Shown in pieces: positions 1 through 6,193 of a DNA stretch of 6,193 bases; the stretch's first letter is position 1, and each line of letters starts with the position of its first letter. The position numbers and the translations under genes are program-made. The DNA comes from a virus (lineage: Monodnaviria; Loebvirae; Hofneiviricota; Faserviricetes; Tubulavirales): the IMG/VR virus record IMGVR_UViG_2663762857_000022; one strand, 5' to 3'. The notes under the pieces were generated by a model that ran no database searches, was not told the origin of the DNA, and saw only the letters and a program-made list of their open reading frames with translations.

Positions 1-1331
<1,331 letters not shown>

Positions 1332-1344
1332 TTACCCCGCAAAA

Positions 1345-1704
1345 TTACTTGCCAACATTAAGCCCATTTGATTTAAATAAATCATAAACCAATCGATACA
1401 CTCTATCCTTATAAAGATATATGTATGAAATAAATTGAACATGGAGGATGATATTAAAACAGTACTGAATATTTAAAGGAAGGTAACTGAATGCAACTAC
1501 AATAACATCGAGTTTATTAACATCGGAGATTTGACGAATAATAAAATTGACGGCAGATACAAGAGCATAATATGAAGTGTAGCAAAGACCAAGATAAGAA
1601 AGGAGCTTAGCCCATGCAACAGCTTTATCACCGATAACTCCTGCAATGAAACGTAGTGATTTTAAAACAACATCAACAAAAAAAGCACCTAAAATGGCCC
1701 ACAT
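1345..1704 (-). CDS. Minor coat protein pVI-like (virion cap / membrane protein)
   Basis: 119 aa, very hydrophobic with several predicted TM segments, similar in size to f1 pVI (112 aa). It sits between pIII and pI as in Ff. Its ATG (1704..1702) overlaps the pIII TGA stop (1706..1704) in an ATGA arrangement. Confidence 0.6.
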   Translation of the reverse strand: MWAILGAFFVDVVLKSLRFIAGVIGDKAVAWAKLLSYLGLCYTSYYALVSAVNFIIRQISDVNKLDVIVVAFSYLPLNIQYCFNIILHVQFISYIYLYKDRVYRLVYDLFKSNGLNVGK

Positions 1705-2990
1705 CAGAGTTTTACCTCACGTTCAAATAATGTACGGCGAGAAATAACAAAAACGCGTAACATGGTTATCATATAAATAGCATATTCAAGAACAGAACGA
1801 ACATAATCGTCATAAGCTTTTGCAAAATGGCTTGTATCAATCTTGAAATTAATCGCGCCAATCAACGGAAGATTAAAGCTAAACTGTAAAGTAAAAGGAA
1901 GAGCAGTTCCATTATTTGTATTTACCAGTTTGTCAATATTAACTGTAAGCCAATTGTTATTATCATGACTCTCACTTCCCTGTCCTGGCAAATAATGCGA
2001 AAGCTCCCCTAAAGGGAAATCCCCATCAGGCAAAGAAGAAGCTATATTCTGACTAATATCTTTAATACCATTGTCCAGTGAATTTAATGCATTATTCATA
2101 TCAGCCTGAGAAACAGAAAAAGCATTATTTAAATCATTCACTGACACCCATATTGTTTTTAACCAGCCCAAAATACCATCAAGCCAGCCATTGTCATCGC
2201 CGGATGAGCCACCGGATCCTGAACCTGAACTACCGCTACCGGATGAACCGCCGGAGCCCGAGCCGGAGCCACCGCTACCGGATGAACCACCGGAGCCAGA
2301 ACCTGAACCACCACCGGAACTGCCGCCGCCTGGGTTACCACCACCGGAACTGCCACCACCTGAGCTACCGCCATCCTCCTTACCATCGGAGAATGCAGGA
2401 TCTACAGCAACTGGTTTCCAGTCGGCAGTACAAACTGTATCATCATCGGGATTACAAATAAGAGGATTGCCGGTTGCCTCATAAATACACCCCTGCACAT
2501 TAACATAACGGGTCCCGTCATCACCTTTATAAACATCAGAAAAAGTCATACCATCAAGAACCGGACGAGAAAGACAAATCTCGTCAGTTGGCGGCTTATT
2601 ATATTCAGGTGTCAAATCCCCCTCACCACCCTGAAAAGCAAGGGCGCAGGCTGTCCACTTTTGCTTGTCTGAATCCCAGACTTTATATGCTGACCACCGG
2701 GCACGGACAAAAGACCCGACAGTCGAAGGTGCATTAACAGGCGTGGAAAGTGGCACACCACAATAATGAATTATTCCGGAACATGCGTCATAACTGCCCG
2801 AACCACAGAAAAGATGACCGGCCCCCCGGGATAATTTAGTTGAAACACCTGCATCTGAATAAGCTGTCCTGCAGGATGAATGGCCTGCACACTGAACAAG
2901 TGCATCCGGATTTTCTTTCTCTTCAGCGAAAGAAAACGAGGAAAAGAACAAAAACAGAAGCGGAATAATAAAGTGAATCAAACAAAACAC
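1704..2990 (-). CDS. Adsorption / minor coat protein pIII-like (receptor-binding attachment protein)
   Basis: 428 aa. N-terminal signal-peptide-like hydrophobic stretch (FCLIHFIIPLLFLFFSSFSFA), a Cys-rich N-terminal region (about 10 Cys), a long Gly/Ser linker (residues ~207-264) and a hydrophobic C-terminal anchor region, typical of g3p. It lies directly downstream of the coat-gene terminator as in Ff. The start codon is uncertain: GTG at 2990 (AGGA immediately adjacent) or TTG at 2981 (AGGAG 8 nt upstream). Confidence 0.75.
   Translation of the reverse strand: MFCLIHFIIPLLFLFFSSFSFAEEKENPDALVQCAGHSSCRTAYSDAGVSTKLSRGAGHLFCGSGSYDACSGIIHYCGVPLSTPVNAPSTVGSFVRARWSAYKVWDSDKQKWTACALAFQGGEGDLTPEYNKPPTDEICLSRPVLDGMTFSDVYKGDDGTRYVNVQGCIYEATGNPLICNPDDDTVCTADWKPVAVDPAFSDGKEDGGSSGGGSSGGGNPGGGSSGGGSGSGSGGSSGSGGSGSGSGGSSGSGSSGSGSGGSSGDDNGWLDGILGWLKTIWVSVNDLNNAFSVSQADMNNALNSLDNGIKDISQNIASSLPDGDFPLGELSHYLPGQGSESHDNNNWLTVNIDKLVNTNNGTALPFTLQFSFNLPLIGAINFKIDTSHFAKAYDDYVRSVLEYAIYMITMLRVFVISRRTLFEREVKL
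2199..2372 (-). repeat. Imperfect tandem nucleotide repeats encoding the Gly/Ser linkers of pIII
   Basis: Repeated units such as ccgctaccggatgaaccgccggagcc[c/a]ga[g/a]cc[g/t]ga[g/a]cca and accaccggaactgcc[g/a]cc[g/a]cc are visible on the plus strand. The translation is GGSSGGGSSGGG...GSGSGSGGSSGSG. Confidence 0.7.
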
Positions 2991-3001
2991 TCCTGGTATG
3001 A

Positions 3002-3026
3002 TTAAAAAAGCGCCCCGGAGGGCGCT
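3002..3026 (-). terminator. Rho-independent terminator between the major coat gene and pIII
   Basis: Plus strand reads ttaaaaaa-gcgccc-cgga-gggcgct. On the minus (sense) strand this is a 7-bp GC-rich stem (3009-3015 / 3020-3026) with a 4-nt loop followed by a TTTTTTAA tract. Ff phage has an intrinsic terminator at this position immediately after gene VIII. Confidence 0.7.
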
Positions 3027-3041
3027 GTCATTAAATAACTA

Positions 3042-3302
<261 letters not shown>

Positions 3303-3308
3303 TTAAAA

Positions 3309-3479
3309 TTAATTAACAGCATCACTGAACATCCGGCAGACCAGAGTGAAAATAACACCAAGACCAAAGCCAAGAAGCCAGCAGACAATCCAGACATAAA
3401 GAACGGACCAGTAAAGCTCCCCGTCCTGTACGCCAGAATTCAGTGCGGATAAAACACCGCTGAAATCAAATTCAGTCAT
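3309..3479 (-). CDS. Small hydrophobic protein, candidate minor coat protein (pIX-like); start uncertain (ATG 3479 or 3512)
   Basis: 56-67 aa with one strongly hydrophobic segment (LYWSVLYVWIVCWLLGFGLGVIFTLV). It occupies the position between the pVII-like ORF and the coat gene as in Ff. No recognisable sequence motif. Confidence 0.4.
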   Translation of the reverse strand: MTEFDFSGVLSALNSGVQDGELYWSVLYVWIVCWLLGFGLGVIFTLVCRMFSDAVN

Positions 3480-3612
3480 AATAACGCTGAACAGTAATGC
3501 TTTGTGAGTCACAGGCGCGAATCAGTTTTATTCCGATGCCAAAACCTGAAGAAAATAAAATCATTGCAGGCGCAGCAAATAAAACAAAGTTCAGAAAATC
3601 AGCGTCAGACAT
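3472..3612 (-). CDS. Small hydrophobic protein, candidate minor coat protein (pVII-like); start taken at the internal ATG 3612
   Basis: The ORF track gives 3472..3666, but the first 18 codons would overlap the upstream gene. The ATG at 3612..3610 lies 4 nt after the TGA (3619..3617) of the 141-aa ORF, with AAGG 9 nt upstream, giving a 46-aa protein MSDADFLNFVLFAAPAMILFSSGFGIGIK... with one TM-like helix. Confidence 0.4.
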   Translation of the reverse strand: MSDADFLNFVLFAAPAMILFSSGFGIGIKLIRACDSQSITVQRYYD

Positions 3613-3616
3613 ATCA

Positions 3617-4042
3617 TCAGCCTTTTTCTTTACCTGCGGGCAGTGCACCCAGCGGCTGACCGTCAAAACGTTTCATGGAGCCGGAAATAAAACGATACCA
3701 GACACCATGACGTTCTGAGCCTGTCGCCCATGAGTTAACATCCACCGTGAGATAAACAGGTTTGCCCTGCAAATCAGGACATGAATTAAAAAATTTAAAA
3801 TCCTCCTCAGTACAGGAAAAGCGCTCATGCTCCTCACGGCGGACTTTTAATTTTCGGTCCTCATACGGATAGGCAATAACAATGGCATATTTGGGTTTAG
3901 CCTCAGGGTTATAATGAGAACCCGTGGGTTTTAACTCCTCATCATTTATGACAGTGACGTGAATAAAATATCCCGCCATTGTCATGCCTGAGGTAAAACC
4001 CTCAGGGGAAGGAAACGGAAAACTGTCGTAAATTTGATTCAT
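3617..4042 (-). CDS. Putative ssDNA-binding protein (gene V / RstB analogue) by position; function not confirmed
   Basis: 141 aa with a strong RBS (GAGGAG 8 nt upstream of ATG 4042), immediately downstream of Rep and upstream of the small coat-like ORFs, which is the gene V position in Ff. Basic and aromatic rich (KPVYLTVDV, GVWYRFISGSMKRF). Larger than Ff pV (87 aa), closer to the CTXphi RstB size class. No direct motif recognised. Confidence 0.4.
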   Translation of the reverse strand: MNQIYDSFPFPSPEGFTSGMTMAGYFIHVTVINDEELKPTGSHYNPEAKPKYAIVIAYPYEDRKLKVRREEHERFSCTEEDFKFFNSCPDLQGKPVYLTVDVNSWATGSERHGVWYRFISGSMKRFDGQPLGALPAGKEKG

Positions 4043-4072
4043 AAATCAGACTCCTCAATGTTAAAAATTCAG

Positions 4073-6088
<2,016 letters not shown>

Positions 6089-6120
6089 TCAATCATTCAA
6101 GATGAACCGCAAGGCTCAGC

Positions 6121-6142
6121 ACTGATACTTGACGGTATCAGT
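6121..6142. promoter_or_regulatory. Perfect 8-bp inverted repeat (actgatac-N6-gtatcagt), candidate operator overlapping the predicted rep transcription start
   Basis: actgatac (6121-6128), ttgacg spacer, gtatcagt (6135-6142). It sits directly downstream of the predicted -10 in the direction of rep transcription, a typical operator position. Confidence 0.3.
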
Positions 6143-6143
6143 T

Positions 6144-6172
6144 ATGCTATTATCAAACTTAACAAACGTCAA
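6144..6172 (-). promoter_or_regulatory. Putative sigma-70 promoter for the rep operon
   Basis: On the minus strand: TTGACG (plus 6172..6167), a 17-nt spacer, then TAGCAT (plus 6149..6144). It lies about 70-100 nt upstream of the rep ATG. Sequence-only prediction. Confidence 0.3.
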
Positions 6173-6193
6173 TAATGTTGATACCAATAAATA

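Noticed and set aside
2078-2484. Plus-strand ORFs 2078..2461 (His/Arg-rich) and 2191..2484 (Pro/Glu-rich), and minus-strand ORF 2159..2386 (Ala/Val-rich)
   Set aside because: All are alternative-frame or antisense readings of the pIII Gly/Ser repeat DNA. They are low complexity and have no start context; the pIII frame has the coherent protein architecture.
3497-3718. 73-aa plus-strand ORF across the small-ORF region
   Set aside because: Antisense to the tightly packed minus-strand small genes, with no supporting signals.
6161-6193. Possible dif-like XerCD site (contains ATAATGT) near the right edge
   Set aside because: Only about half the positions of each arm match the E. coli dif consensus as I recall it, and the window ends before the region can be assessed; insufficient to call an attachment site.

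Overview
Nearly the whole window (279..6193) is the replication and morphogenesis module of a filamentous phage (Inoviridae-like), probably an integrated prophage or episome in an enterobacterial-type host. All phage genes lie on the minus strand, tightly packed, in the canonical Ff (M13/f1) order: rolling-circle Rep (4073..6073), putative ssDNA-binding protein (3617..4042), two small hydrophobic proteins (3309..3612), major coat protein pVIII (3042..3284), an intrinsic terminator (3002..3026), adsorption protein pIII with Gly/Ser tandem-repeat linkers (1704..2990), pVI (1345..1704) and the Zot-like assembly ATPase pI (279..1328). No pIV secretin gene follows pI; instead a convergent plus-strand ORF of unknown function (1..486) overlaps the pI tail. 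I see no tRNA, rRNA or CRISPR array. Family assignments are from reading the translations and recalled family features, not from database searches. I did not find a clearly novel multi-gene system; the most unexplained elements are the plus-strand ORF at the left edge, the atypical Rep, and a Walker A substitution in pI.
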